From the NCBI GenBank assembly GCA_965218095.1, contig OZ244587.1:800001-864000 (forward strand): a stretch of DNA of 64,000 nt, written 5' to 3'. The notes beneath the pieces were generated by a model. The model had not been told where the DNA came from, did no database searches, and saw only the letters and a program-made list of their open reading frames with translations. This DNA comes from Candidatus Poribacteria bacterium. Its GTDB lineage: Bacteria; Poribacteria; WGA-4E; PCPOR2b. The position numbers and the translations under genes are program-made. Shown piece by piece: positions 1 to 10,053 of the stretch. The number at the start of each line of letters is the position of its first letter. The stretch's first letter is position 1.

Positions 1-128
1 ACAAAAAAGGTGAGCAATGTGACGATCAGCGAGATCCATTTAAGCCCTGACTCCCCTAAGAGGTGCCTGGCAAGGGCAATTAAGATCGCACCGAGTAGTG
101 GCAAAAAAATAACTGCGGAAAGTAACAA
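1..128 (-). CDS. nuoM: NADH-quinone oxidoreductase subunit M, N-terminus (runs off window)
   Basis: Manual translation from TTG at 128 after GGAGG: MLLSAVIFLPLLGAILIALARHLLGESGLKWISLIVTLLTFF; expected position downstream of nuoL. Confidence 0.75.
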   Translation of the reverse strand, partial: MLLSAVIFLPLLGAILIALARHLLGESGLKWISLIVTLLTFF

Positions 129-168
129 GTATAACCTCCGAAGTGTAATGCGTAAAACGTAAAGGTGT

Positions 169-549
169 TCACGTTTCACGATTCATGAGTGATTCCCTAA
201 TCTCAACCGTACGATTACCATAGTCGATTTCTAAAACGTAGTCTGCTAAGAGTTCACTGCCGAGTAATGCGTCCTCAGCTTCTGTCAAGATAATCTCTGT
301 CCGGCGAGTTTCCTTAGCCAAATGAACAATCTCCTGAAATGTAAGATCATGTCTGACTGTCCCATCCGCGAATTCATAATAGTGATCTCCGTATAGCTCA
401 AGCCCCAATGGAATTGCAATTGGAATGGGGACACATAAAGCCCCATCAAATCCTGTATCAATCGGGGCATCAATTGTCGTTTCTCCGCGATTACCAAATA
501 AAGACACTATAATTCGAGGACGGCCCTCATCATCGAAATATCCGCGCAT
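169..549 (-). CDS. Clan AA (retropepsin-like) aspartic protease, small single-domain
   Basis: IDTGF catalytic motif, flap-like FADG, C-terminal LLG motif; 126 aa. Confidence 0.85.
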   Translation of the reverse strand: MRGYFDDEGRPRIIVSLFGNRGETTIDAPIDTGFDGALCVPIPIAIPLGLELYGDHYYEFADGTVRHDLTFQEIVHLAKETRRTEIILTEAEDALLGSELLADYVLEIDYGNRTVEIRESLMNRET

Positions 550-821
550 TAAACCGGCACCCTTCCCCGATCGCGGTACACTGCCCGAAATCCGGGACGA
601 ACAAAATGAAAGATCTTATCGGGGTACTTTTTCTTGCCTTTGTCACCTGCCTCGATAACATTTTTGCCGACAAAATAATCGCCGCTGTAGGGTTCGATGG
701 TGACGATAAGCCCGTGATATTTCGATTCCAATTCAGGTTTCAATTTTCCATAGACTTCAGCACTTTTCTCCCTAAACTCCTGCATATTGATTGGTACAAT
801 TTTTTTTGAGTTCTCCAGCAT
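549..821 (-). CDS. Small DUF5678-like protein coupled to the aspartic protease
   Basis: LESKYHGLIVTIEPYSGDYFVG...YPDKIFHFVRPG pattern; its TAA stop overlaps the protease ATG (TAATG). Confidence 0.65.
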   Translation of the reverse strand: MLENSKKIVPINMQEFREKSAEVYGKLKPELESKYHGLIVTIEPYSGDYFVGKNVIEAGDKGKKKYPDKIFHFVRPGFRAVYRDRGRVPV

Positions 822-843
822 TCTTGTCCATGTTAATTACCCC

Positions 844-2727
844 TCACCGAATGAACAGGTAATACCCCAAGAAAATGATGATGCCGATGACCATTGACAC
901 AACGTAGGCTTGGACAACACCCGTCTGGATGCGTCGGATCGAGCCCCCGATGCCGCGAATGAGAAATGCGGTCAGATTCACAATACCGTCGATGATGCCA
1001 ACATCCATAATCTTCCAGAATAGGTAGTGGGATATGCCCTTTATCGGCTGCACGAACACAGCGTTATAGATTTCGTCAATGTAGTATTTGTTGGCGAGGA
1101 GTTTGTGTAGCGGGTTTGTCGGTTCATTGAGAGGGGCTTTGTCACGATAGATGAACCCAGCCACCAAAATTCCTGCAATTCCAACAATTGATGAAATGAC
1201 CATAAAAGGGATTGGATTGGTGTGATCTGATGTGCTGTGCTGTGTAAATACGCTTCCCAAGAAATTATGAATCGCACTATGCTCTCCGCCCCAACCGACG
1301 ATTACACCAATGATTAAGGAAGGAATTGCTAACAACACGAGCGGAATCCACATCACCGGTGGGGATTCATGGAGATGCGACTCGACCTCCGATTCGACAC
1401 GCGACTCACCGTGAAAGACCACAAAGATTAGGCGGAACATATAGAACGCGGTTAGAAACGCCGTCAGCAATCCAACGCCGAAAATTACTGGGTGTCCACC
1501 ATCCCAAGCACTGTGCAAAATCTCATCTTTACTCCAGAAACCACTCAAGAATGGGAAACCCGCAATTGCTAACGCACCGATGAGAAATGTCCAATAGGTA
1601 ATCGGTAGCTTTGATTTCAACCCGCCCATCTTACGCATGTCCAGTTCATTCGACATGGCGTGCATCACACTTCCCGCTGTGAGGAACATCAGTCCTTTGA
1701 AGAAGGCGTGCGTCATCAGATGGAAGATCCCAGAAGCATACGCGCCAACCCCCACGCCCACGAACATATAACCGAGTTGGCTCACGGTCGAATACGCCAG
1801 CACACGCTTGATGTCATTTGCAGCCAACGCCATTGTTGCAGCAAACAAGGCAGTGAGCACGCCAATTCCTGCGACGACAATACCCGTGTGTGCGAGGTTA
1901 AATAGAACTGATGACCGTGCGACCATGTAGACGCCCGCGGTGACCATCGTTGCGGCGTGGATGAGTGCACTGACAGGCGTTGGACCTTCCATCGCATCGG
2001 GGAGCCAAACGTAGAGGGGAATTTGTGCAGACTTGCCGATTGCACCGACGAAGAGCAGCAAAGTTGCAACAATGAGCGTACCGGCCCCGAAAACCTGTTC
2101 GTAGGTGTTGGATTCAGCGAGTTCAAAAAGCGTGTCAAAATGCAATGTACCAAACGCCGCAAACAGCGTGAATATACCGAGCAGGAAACCAAAATCGCCA
2201 ATTCGGTTGACGATGAAGGCTTTCTTGCCTGCGTCAGTGGCGGACGTTCTTTCATACCAATAGCCAATCAACAGATAAGAACAGAGTCCGACGCCTTCCC
2301 AACCGATGAACATCATTAGGTAGTTGTCCGCCAAAACGAGGATTAACATGGCAAACACAAAAAGGTTGAGATAGGCGAAATAGCGTGTGTACCCGGGATC
2401 GCCATCCATGTAGCCAATCGAATAGACATGGATAAGGAAGCCAACCCCTGTGATGACTAGCAGCATCACTGTGGTCAGGGCGTCAATATGAAAACCGATG
2501 TTAAAGGAAAAGGATTCGCTGGCAATCCATTCGTAGAGCGTTGCATCCAGGGCGTCGCCACCGCGGACAGCAGGAAATACGAAGAATGCACTGATAATAA
2601 ATGGTATTAGAACCGCGAGACACGCAATCCAACCACTTACATTTTTCAGCCATTTGCCGAACAACCCGTTGATCAGAAAGCCAATCAAAGGGGAAATCAA
2701 AAGTAGAACAACGAGATTCGTTGACAT
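844..2727 (-). CDS. nuoL: NADH-quinone oxidoreductase subunit L
   Basis: GWEGVGLCSYLLI, KSAQIPLYVWLPDAMEGPTPVSALIHAATMV. Confidence 0.97.
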   Translation of the reverse strand: MSTNLVVLLLISPLIGFLINGLFGKWLKNVSGWIACLAVLIPFIISAFFVFPAVRGGDALDATLYEWIASESFSFNIGFHIDALTTVMLLVITGVGFLIHVYSIGYMDGDPGYTRYFAYLNLFVFAMLILVLADNYLMMFIGWEGVGLCSYLLIGYWYERTSATDAGKKAFIVNRIGDFGFLLGIFTLFAAFGTLHFDTLFELAESNTYEQVFGAGTLIVATLLLFVGAIGKSAQIPLYVWLPDAMEGPTPVSALIHAATMVTAGVYMVARSSVLFNLAHTGIVVAGIGVLTALFAATMALAANDIKRVLAYSTVSQLGYMFVGVGVGAYASGIFHLMTHAFFKGLMFLTAGSVMHAMSNELDMRKMGGLKSKLPITYWTFLIGALAIAGFPFLSGFWSKDEILHSAWDGGHPVIFGVGLLTAFLTAFYMFRLIFVVFHGESRVESEVESHLHESPPVMWIPLVLLAIPSLIIGVIVGWGGEHSAIHNFLGSVFTQHSTSDHTNPIPFMVISSIVGIAGILVAGFIYRDKAPLNEPTNPLHKLLANKYYIDEIYNAVFVQPIKGISHYLFWKIMDVGIIDGIVNLTAFLIRGIGGSIRRIQTGVVQAYVVSMVIGIIIFLGYYLFIR

Positions 2728-2782
2728 TTCAGACTCCTCAAGACATAAAACGCAGGAAATTTCACGTTTTACGTTTCACGCA

Positions 2783-3079
2783 CTACCCCTTCATCGTGTT
2801 GATCTCATCAATATTAATCGTTTCACGATGTCTGAAAACACTCACGATAATAGCGAGCCCAATGGCAACTTCGGCGGCAGCAACGGTCATGACGAAGAAC
2901 ACGAAGATCTGCCCCGAAGCATCCCCCAATTCCCGACCGATTGCGACGAAAGCAAGATTTGCCGCATTGAGCATCAGTTCAATGCACATAAAGATAATGA
3001 TCGCGTTTCTTCGGATGAGTACCCCTATCACCCCGATGGTAAAAAGCAACGCGCTTAAAATGAGATAGTATTGCAGCAT
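2783..3079 (-). CDS. nuoK: NADH-quinone oxidoreductase subunit K
   Basis: [22 protein letters not shown]. Confidence 0.97.
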   Translation of the reverse strand: MLQYYLILSALLFTIGVIGVLIRRNAIIIFMCIELMLNAANLAFVAIGRELGDASGQIFVFFVMTVAAAEVAIGLAIIVSVFRHRETINIDEINTMKG

Positions 3080-3127
3080 ATTTCAACCCCGAAAAAGATT
3101 AAAGGATTTTCAGGAAGATTTGGACAA

Positions 3128-3823
3128 TTAGTTAGTGTTTGGACTTTCACGTTTAACGAGCGCGATGACTCCGATTAAAGCGGCAAGGAGTATAAGCGAT
3201 GTAACCTCAAAAGGCAGCAAGAATTTAGTAAATAGCACCGTGCCAATACGGTCTGGTTTGCCCATCTCCCCTTGGAGTTTTTCGATGAGTTGATTCGCTT
3301 CACCCGCGGTGAGTGCGGTAACATCGGTTTTCTGCGTCACGATCGCTGGTACATAGTCGCTATTAATCTGCGCACGGTCAAGTTGGTAGGTGGATTCAAT
3401 TGTCTCAATCTGTTTCAGTTGTTCTGAGGTAATGGGTTCTCCGACAACTTTGCCTTCATATTGGGTCGGTCCAACAGCAGTACCGTTAAAAACATTCACC
3501 CCAATGTAGATAGCTTCCGCTGCCAATATAATCCCCAGAATAACGGCGAATACCTTTGCCTTGCTGATTTGGCGTGCTGTTTGCAACTGCCCCAAATTGA
3601 GCAACATAATCACAAACAGGAATAGGACCATAATCGCGCCGGCATAGACAATCACTTGCACCGCAGCGACGAAGTACGCTCCCAGTGAGATAAACAGCCC
3701 CGCCAATGAAAAGAAGGTCAACACCAATGCCAGCGCGCTGTGAATCGGATTCTTAAATGCAATGACACATATCGCAGAACCAACAACTAGTATGCCAAAA
3801 ATGATGAAAAGAATCGTTTCCAT
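3128..3823 (-). CDS. nuoJ: NADH-quinone oxidoreductase subunit J with long soluble loop insertion
   Basis: NPIHSAL, QVIVYAGAIMVLFLFVIML, LPFEVTS. Confidence 0.95.
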   Translation of the reverse strand: METILFIIFGILVVGSAICVIAFKNPIHSALALVLTFFSLAGLFISLGAYFVAAVQVIVYAGAIMVLFLFVIMLLNLGQLQTARQISKAKVFAVILGIILAAEAIYIGVNVFNGTAVGPTQYEGKVVGEPITSEQLKQIETIESTYQLDRAQINSDYVPAIVTQKTDVTALTAGEANQLIEKLQGEMGKPDRIGTVLFTKFLLPFEVTSLILLAALIGVIALVKRESPNTN

Positions 3824-3913
3824 TTCATTCCTTTCAACCTATGCGAACTTGGTTAAGGTAATTTGCTTTCCGTTTTTTTTAGAAAAATTTCATGCAAGAT
3901 TATGGGGTCGCTT

Positions 3914-4942
3914 TTAGTGCAATTCCTTGAAACTTCCAATGATCTGTTGAAGTTTGGGCTTTATGATTGAAATTTTTTCGTTGGGACCGAATCCTATTAC
4001 CTGATGATAATGGCGTTTTCCTTCAAGGGAGGTGTGCAGGTAAGTAAATCTACTATTATCAACGCTGCCATGAATTTCATATTGGATCGCTGGATATCCA
4101 TTCAATGTTGTCTGAATAGGATTGCCTATTGTTACGGGGCGCGACAAATTAGAAATGACTATGCTTGTGACTAATTCGGCGAACTCACCGAGGCTAATAA
4201 AGCCTAATTCTTCTTTAGTTTCAGTTATTACCTGAACAACAGTTTCGCCAGATGGGTCATAAACTTCAAGTGTGGAATCCTGATTGGATTATTGCCAAGT
4301 ATGAAGTTGATCCCAACTAAAAGGTGCTCTGATCTGTACAAGTCCGTCGGTAGATTCAAAGTTACACGGTGCTTCTTCAAGCAAAGCATATCCAATCACC
4401 CAAAACCCTACCAAAATTCCGAATCCAACGCAGAAGGTCTTTACAATCTTGGGAGGATCTGCCGGAACGCCGTTTTTTGGCGGGTTACCTTTTACGACAA
4501 GCGTTTTGGCTAGTTTATCACCAAGCCGTTGCCTTTTATCACCAAAAATCATGAGGGCATCTACTATATTAACGAGCGGAATCAGGATAAAAAGATTTCG
4601 TAAAATTGATTTTCCGTAGCTACACGGAGCCCCCGTTTCAGCGTTCACAACCCGCATTGACATGATACGCTTGCCAAAACTCCGACCTTTGTTAATTCCG
4701 TCTTGAAAAAGCAAATAAAATCCAATCCAGATTAGTGCCACTGCGAAAAGTGGATCGATTGCGATACCCAACCGACCCAATACCCCTATAACAAAAACAG
4801 GTGGTATTAGCAAAACCAAAAAGTCAAGCCATTATGCAAACCATCTTGCAAAACGTGAGGATAGCTTAAAGTCTTGACCTGCAATTTCAACGGATTCTAT
4901 AAAATAGTCCTTGAATTCCTTAGAATGGTCTTTGGACTCCAT
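3914..4942 (-). pseudogene. RDD-family membrane protein with C-terminal soluble domain, two in-frame TAA stops
   Basis: One frame from ATG 4942: MESKDH...RFARWFA*WLDFLV...GRSFGKR...QRLGDKLAKT...HTWQ*SNQDSTLEVY...FKELH; stops at 4832-4834 and 4289-4291. Confidence 0.8.
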
Positions 4943-4958
4943 AGAATACTCTATTCAA

Positions 4959-6143
4959 TTATGCGCTAGGCGAACGATGTTCCATGAAACTCGGCACACG
5001 TTGATCTGACACAGTTTCCGGTAGACGATTCATATCAATTAGGCGTGAGACGATGCCAACGACCACGCACGCGGCGATCACATTTCCAACCCCAACCCAA
5101 ATTTTGGACTGTGTTGTTGCCCAAACCGTCGCTGTCACAACAATTGTTGTAAGTGCAATGGGCAGTAGAAATTTCCAGCCGAGATTCATGAGCTGATCAT
5201 ACCGGAATCGGGGCAGTGTCCATCTAACCCAGATAAAGACAAAGAGGAAAAACGCTGTTTTGGCGAAGAAGATTCCGAATGAAATCACGCCACTCCAAAT
5301 GGGACCACCGACTGTTTCCAACCCGAAGAAATGCCAACCACCGAAGAAAAGGGTCACGGCTACTGCCGAGCCGACAATCATATGCATATACTCCGCCATG
5401 AAGTACATAGCGAATTTCATGCTGCTATATTCCGTGTGGTATCCACCGACAAGTTCCTGCTCCGCTTCGGCGAGATCGAAGGGGAGACGATTTGTCTCTG
5501 CGAAGGCGGCGGCGGTAAAGGCTAAAAAGGCGGGAAAATGGATTAGGAAATTCCATGTCCAAGGATAACTCCCTTGTTGGATTGCAATTTCCCGGAGGCT
5601 TAACGATCCTGAAAGCATCAGAACGCCGATAATCGAAAGTCCCAACGTCAACTCGTAGCTAATCATCTGCGCAGAAGAACGCAAGCCACCGAGTAGAGAA
5701 TACTTGTTATTCGATGCCCATGCACCAAGCACGACGCCATAAACCCCCAACGAGGTAATTGCCAGAATATACAGAATCCCGATATTAATATCGGCAATTT
5801 GAAGGGGGATTTCGTAGCCTGAAATTGTTATTGAACTGCCGAAAGGGACGACCCCACAGGTAACTAGCGCCGGCACCAAAATAATCGCAGGTGCGAGTAA
5901 ATAGATAGGTTTATCCACATGGGATGGAATCAGGTCCTCTTTCAACAGAAATTTTATTCCGTCGGCAATCGGCTGCAAAATGCCCCAAGGCCCAACACGG
6001 TTAGGACCGTGTCGGTCTTGAATCCATCCACTCACTTTCCGCTCGGCAAGAATCATCGCCATAACACCGATGAGCAGCAGATGAACGACGACAACAATTT
6101 TGATGAGTGAACTAATGATTAAAACGTGAAGTGGTAGTGCCAT
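4959..6143 (-). CDS. nuoH: NADH-quinone oxidoreductase subunit H
   Basis: ERKVSGWIQDRHGPNRVGPWG, AETNRLPFDLAEAEQELV. Confidence 0.97.
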   Translation of the reverse strand: MALPLHVLIISSLIKIVVVVHLLLIGVMAMILAERKVSGWIQDRHGPNRVGPWGILQPIADGIKFLLKEDLIPSHVDKPIYLLAPAIILVPALVTCGVVPFGSSITISGYEIPLQIADINIGILYILAITSLGVYGVVLGAWASNNKYSLLGGLRSSAQMISYELTLGLSIIGVLMLSGSLSLREIAIQQGSYPWTWNFLIHFPAFLAFTAAAFAETNRLPFDLAEAEQELVGGYHTEYSSMKFAMYFMAEYMHMIVGSAVAVTLFFGGWHFFGLETVGGPIWSGVISFGIFFAKTAFFLFVFIWVRWTLPRFRYDQLMNLGWKFLLPIALTTIVVTATVWATTQSKIWVGVGNVIAACVVVGIVSRLIDMNRLPETVSDQRVPSFMEHRSPSA

Positions 6144-6151
6144 ATCCCTCC

Positions 6152-6256
6152 CTATCTGGATTCTGAAACAACTTTATTCTCAAGATCCCCCCAAATTTCC
6201 ATGATTGCATCTAATGTATATTGAAGTCTCGCCCGATTACCCGGATCCTCTCGCAT
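6152..6256 (-). pseudogene. Truncated HepT/HEPN (DUF86) toxin N-terminus
   Basis: MREDPGNRARLQYTLDAIMEI... directly after the MNT gene; ends after about 34 codons. Confidence 0.5.
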
Positions 6257-6539
6257 AGACCAGCATTCTGTCTTGTTCAATGTAAGGCTAAATGTATTTG
6301 GGGATGGCTTTTTGCGAAAGGAGATCCACTTGTCTGTTTAGCAGGTCTTGCAAATCTAGCTGCATTTGGACAAATTCTAAACCAATCGGTTTAGCATAGT
6401 CTAACTCAACCCAAATATCTATATCGCTCTTATCATCAGCTTCATCCCTTGCACATGATCCGAAAAGGTATGCCTTCAGCACCGGCTTATCTTTGAAATA
6501 ATTACCAACTTCTGCAATTTGTCTTGAGTCTAACTTCAT
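6237..6539 (-). pseudogene. MNT (MntA-like) nucleotidyltransferase antitoxin with late nonsense codon
   Basis: YLFGSCARDE...SDIDI motif; frame continues past TAG 6288-6290 as PYIEQDRMLVYARGSG. Confidence 0.8.
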
Positions 6540-6586
6540 TTTGCTCTCCGCTCTGCAAGCCAGATTTCGCCGCGCTTCACGATCAT
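6536..6586 (-). pseudogene. MazF/PemK toxin N-terminal stub
   Basis: MIVKRGEIWLAE matches the conserved PemK start (RGEIW); stops after 16 codons. Confidence 0.6.
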
Positions 6587-6700
6587 AAAGTGTCCTCTTT
6601 TGTCAATCCTTCGTTGTAATCAAACAGGCCTTCTTCAGCGAGTTTTCGGTCTTCGTCGGCGAATTCAGCGTAGAGAGCAGCTAAACGTATTTCATCCTCT
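6583..6700 (-). pseudogene. C-terminal fragment of a MazE-like antitoxin
   Basis: LAALYAEFADEDRKLAEEGL acidic tail; stop overlaps the PemK stub ATG (ATGA). Confidence 0.5.
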
Positions 6701-8344
6701 ATCAAGTTTGACCCCACCATCCCCAATCTTCTGGTGCGTAGCATCTTGATAATCAGGCACATTTTCCGCAATCTCCATCGCGATTTCGCCAGCGAAGTGA
6801 TAATCCATCGCACCGCCCAACCGCTTGGCTACCCGTTGGATAATTTCCCAATCAACACGCGCCTCGCCGGGGGGATCGATCGCGTGGTGTATGCGTTGCA
6901 CCCAATCACTCGAATTGGTAAAGGCACCATCTTTCTCCGCAAAGGTGACGCCAGGCAACACGACATCAGCCAACTGTGCCACATCAGACTCGAAGATGTC
7001 TTGCACGACCAGAAAATCGACCGCTTCCAACGCCTGTTTCGACGTTTCGTCGAGCGGATGTTCTGGGGCACCATTAACGAGGTAGACAGCTTTTGCGTTA
7101 GACAGACGCTCCCAGAGCTCTTTTCCTTCTAAGACCGATCCATTTCCGACCCCCAGCATATCCCGCGCACCGCGAGTGTTCGGGTTTTTGTCGGCTTCAA
7201 TGGTAAATTGAGGGAATTTGTGTTCCTCACCCGGTTCGCGTCCAAACAGGCCAATCGACTCCGTTTTTAGGACTTCACGCGCTAACTTGCCCAGCAGGTA
7301 GTTCTCCTCATTGGTGCCTTGTGCAGAACCGATGACGACGATGGATTCCGGATCTGTCTCAGAGAATTTCTCCACGATGAGATTCAGCACATCCACCCAC
7401 GACGTTGGGACCAGTTCATCTGCCACACGCTTCATCGGAATCTTGAATCGGTCTTCGCTGTTGACATAATGATAGCCGAGCCGTCCGTCATCGCACATCC
7501 AATGTTGGTTAATATCAGCGTGGAACCGCGGTTGAATTCGATAAAGACCATCTTCCTTATAGTCAACGGTGATATTACATCCGACGCTACACCCTGGACA
7601 GATGCTGTTGACCTGTTTCATAAACCAGGGGCGAGACTTAAAAAGAAAATCCTTGCTAATCAGTGCCCCAACGGGACAGATATCCACGACGTTGCCAGCG
7701 AGTTTATTATCGAGCAACCGGAGCGGGGTCTCATCATGGTCGCGTGGAATATCGACTTCGTCATGTGAACCCCGATGAATCAGCCCAAGTTCTCCCGTGC
7801 CCGCAACCTCATCGCAGAAACGGATGCAACGGGTACAGACAATACAACGAGTTGAGTAGAGCAGCACATCAGGTCCAAGGTCTTTTTTCGGTGGGACGTT
7901 CTTTACCTCAACATATCGGCTCTTGCCGCTGCCATGATTAAAGCTGAAATCCTGAAGGTCGCACTCGCCTGCTTGGTCACAGACGGGGCAATCAAGCGGG
8001 TGGTGAACGAGCAGAAACTCAAGGATGTCCTCCCGTGCCTTCTTGACACGCGGCGAATCGGTCCGGACGATAAAGTCATATTTCCCATCCAGTTTTCGAT
8101 CCGGAGGGGCGGTACGCACCGTAGTTGTGCAACCGGTTGCGAGTTGACGGTCTGGAACAACCTTGCCCGCAGGCGGAAAGAAGACATGGGGCTCCACAAG
8201 ACACATGCGACAGTTGGCAGGGCGGCTCAACCCAGGGTGATAGCAGTAATGCGGCACTTCAATTCCGTTTTGCCTCGCAGCCTCAATGACATTGGTTCCG
8301 TCTTCAACTTCAATCTCAAGGTCGTTCAATTTAATGAATGCCAT
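6692..8344 (-). CDS. nuoG: NADH-quinone oxidoreductase subunit G (short form)
   Basis: CYHPGL..CRMC, HPLDCPVCDQAGEC, CIVCTRC, CPGCSVGC Fe-S motifs. Confidence 0.93.
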   Translation of the reverse strand: MAFIKLNDLEIEVEDGTNVIEAARQNGIEVPHYCYHPGLSRPANCRMCLVEPHVFFPPAGKVVPDRQLATGCTTTVRTAPPDRKLDGKYDFIVRTDSPRVKKAREDILEFLLVHHPLDCPVCDQAGECDLQDFSFNHGSGKSRYVEVKNVPPKKDLGPDVLLYSTRCIVCTRCIRFCDEVAGTGELGLIHRGSHDEVDIPRDHDETPLRLLDNKLAGNVVDICPVGALISKDFLFKSRPWFMKQVNSICPGCSVGCNITVDYKEDGLYRIQPRFHADINQHWMCDDGRLGYHYVNSEDRFKIPMKRVADELVPTSWVDVLNLIVEKFSETDPESIVVIGSAQGTNEENYLLGKLAREVLKTESIGLFGREPGEEHKFPQFTIEADKNPNTRGARDMLGVGNGSVLEGKELWERLSNAKAVYLVNGAPEHPLDETSKQALEAVDFLVVQDIFESDVAQLADVVLPGVTFAEKDGAFTNSSDWVQRIHHAIDPPGEARVDWEIIQRVAKRLGGAMDYHFAGEIAMEIAENVPDYQDATHQKIGDGGVKLDRG

Positions 8345-8385
8345 GATGTCCTCATTATGCAACGCGTAAGGTGTGGTGATACGTG

Positions 8386-10053
8386 TCAGATTGAGGTTGG
8401 AGTATACGCTTCAACCCCAATCTGATTTTTTGAAATTTGCTCCTCTTTTTTGCCAAAAAAGTAGATAAAGAGTAGAACCCCAGCAATGATTGTAACACTA
8501 TAACAAGCGATATAAAGCCCCAAATGGATTTTGTACATCACAAATTGGAGAGCTAAAACGACTCCAAAAACGAGTAGACCACATAAGTGCAAAATAAACA
8601 CCATATAATGCGTATAACGTTCGCTTTGAATATATTCTTGGGTGAGCGGTAGTCCGAAACTCGGTTTTGGGTAAAAGACAACGTAACAGAGCAGAGCGAT
8701 TAGACCCGGCAGCAAATAAAAACCTCCCCAAAAGCGGGGCCAAAGAAAGGTTGCAACGGTTGTGAATAACAAAGTATAAGGGAAGATCATGTAGACCAAT
8801 GCTGTTGCCTGCACGCCTCTCCATAAAGCATGAGGATTTGCAAGTGGGGCGCAGCGAAACAACCACGCAGCTCTCCAATGCTCCGAATACCGAATCTGAC
8901 TGAGGAAAGAGACGATGAAGCCTGAGCCGATAAAGAAGAAAAGAGCTGAGACACCGAGTGCGAGCCAGATAGTGAAAGGTTTTCCAATACTATTCAGAAA
9001 CAAATCATAGTCACGAAACAGGAGAACGAGAATAATAACGATACTCCCAAGATTACGGAGAAACCGGAATTGTGTCGTCCTATCGCGTCGCAGGTAGGCG
9101 AAAACAAGATCAGCCGTAGCACGGGTTTCACGCCTCCTGAACAGACGTGCGACGACAGATGTCTTGATCTTGAGTTGCGAACTTCGTGTTCTCCTAGCCT
9201 CCGACAAAGAGGCAAGATATTTTGAGTAACTTTTGGCAATACTGCGGAGCGGTCCAACCACCAACAGCACAATTGCAGCGATCGCAAGGGCGGTTAAAAT
9301 CAGAAATTGGCGGTGTGTATTTCCAAGTGCAAGCGACACTGCCCCAGCAAACCAACTGTTGGGTAACAGATAGAACGCCTTAAAGAGGGAGACCATCTTA
9401 TCCGTTGCCAACTCTGTAAAGAAACGGGGACCGAGTAGATAGATAGCCGGAAAGAAAATAGCAAAAGCCAACTGCGCGTATTGAGCAATATTTCGGAACC
9501 GCTCTTTCGTGTAAAGTTTTGTCAAATACCCTGCAAACACCGTCATCAATCCAATCATGAAAAAACCAGCGATAAAGGAGATAGGAAAGTAAACGACGGG
9601 AAAAAACGGATTTTGTTCTTCTGTCCACAACCCAAAGATAGCGGGTAGCAGATTTAAGCATCCCAACAACAGGACAGCGTAAGTCAGCAGCTGCGTTAGC
9701 TTCACAATAAAATAGGTGCGCGATGACACCGGTGTATGTGATACGACAAGATAGTTTGTCGAACTAAGAATAATATCAAAGTGCGGAAGAATCAAAAGTA
9801 CAACCAGCACCATTGTACCTGACAGTGTCAAAAGTGTATAACTGAACGTATCCAAGGGTAGGAAAAATACTGTCGTGGCAATTACGGCACTAAAAATAAA
9901 ACAGAAGAAGCACGTCAAACCGAGAGAAGCGTTGGCAAAACCACGTTCGCGTTCTGCATCAACTGCACGGGTGGCGACAGCCTTCTCTACTGTCAGAAGT
10001 TGCCTGTAGTGCGTTGGATCTGCCCCGAACATCTCAGCGATTTTGTCAAGCAT
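8386..10053 (-). CDS. ABC transporter permease (large polytopic membrane protein)
   Basis: About 12-14 hydrophobic segments; overlaps the upstream ABC ATPase. Confidence 0.75.
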   Translation of the reverse strand: MLDKIAEMFGADPTHYRQLLTVEKAVATRAVDAERERGFANASLGLTCFFCFIFSAVIATTVFFLPLDTFSYTLLTLSGTMVLVVLLILPHFDIILSSTNYLVVSHTPVSSRTYFIVKLTQLLTYAVLLLGCLNLLPAIFGLWTEEQNPFFPVVYFPISFIAGFFMIGLMTVFAGYLTKLYTKERFRNIAQYAQLAFAIFFPAIYLLGPRFFTELATDKMVSLFKAFYLLPNSWFAGAVSLALGNTHRQFLILTALAIAAIVLLVVGPLRSIAKSYSKYLASLSEARRTRSSQLKIKTSVVARLFRRRETRATADLVFAYLRRDRTTQFRFLRNLGSIVIILVLLFRDYDLFLNSIGKPFTIWLALGVSALFFFIGSGFIVSFLSQIRYSEHWRAAWLFRCAPLANPHALWRGVQATALVYMIFPYTLLFTTVATFLWPRFWGGFYLLPGLIALLCYVVFYPKPSFGLPLTQEYIQSERYTHYMVFILHLCGLLVFGVVLALQFVMYKIHLGLYIACYSVTIIAGVLLFIYFFGKKEEQISKNQIGVEAYTPTSI

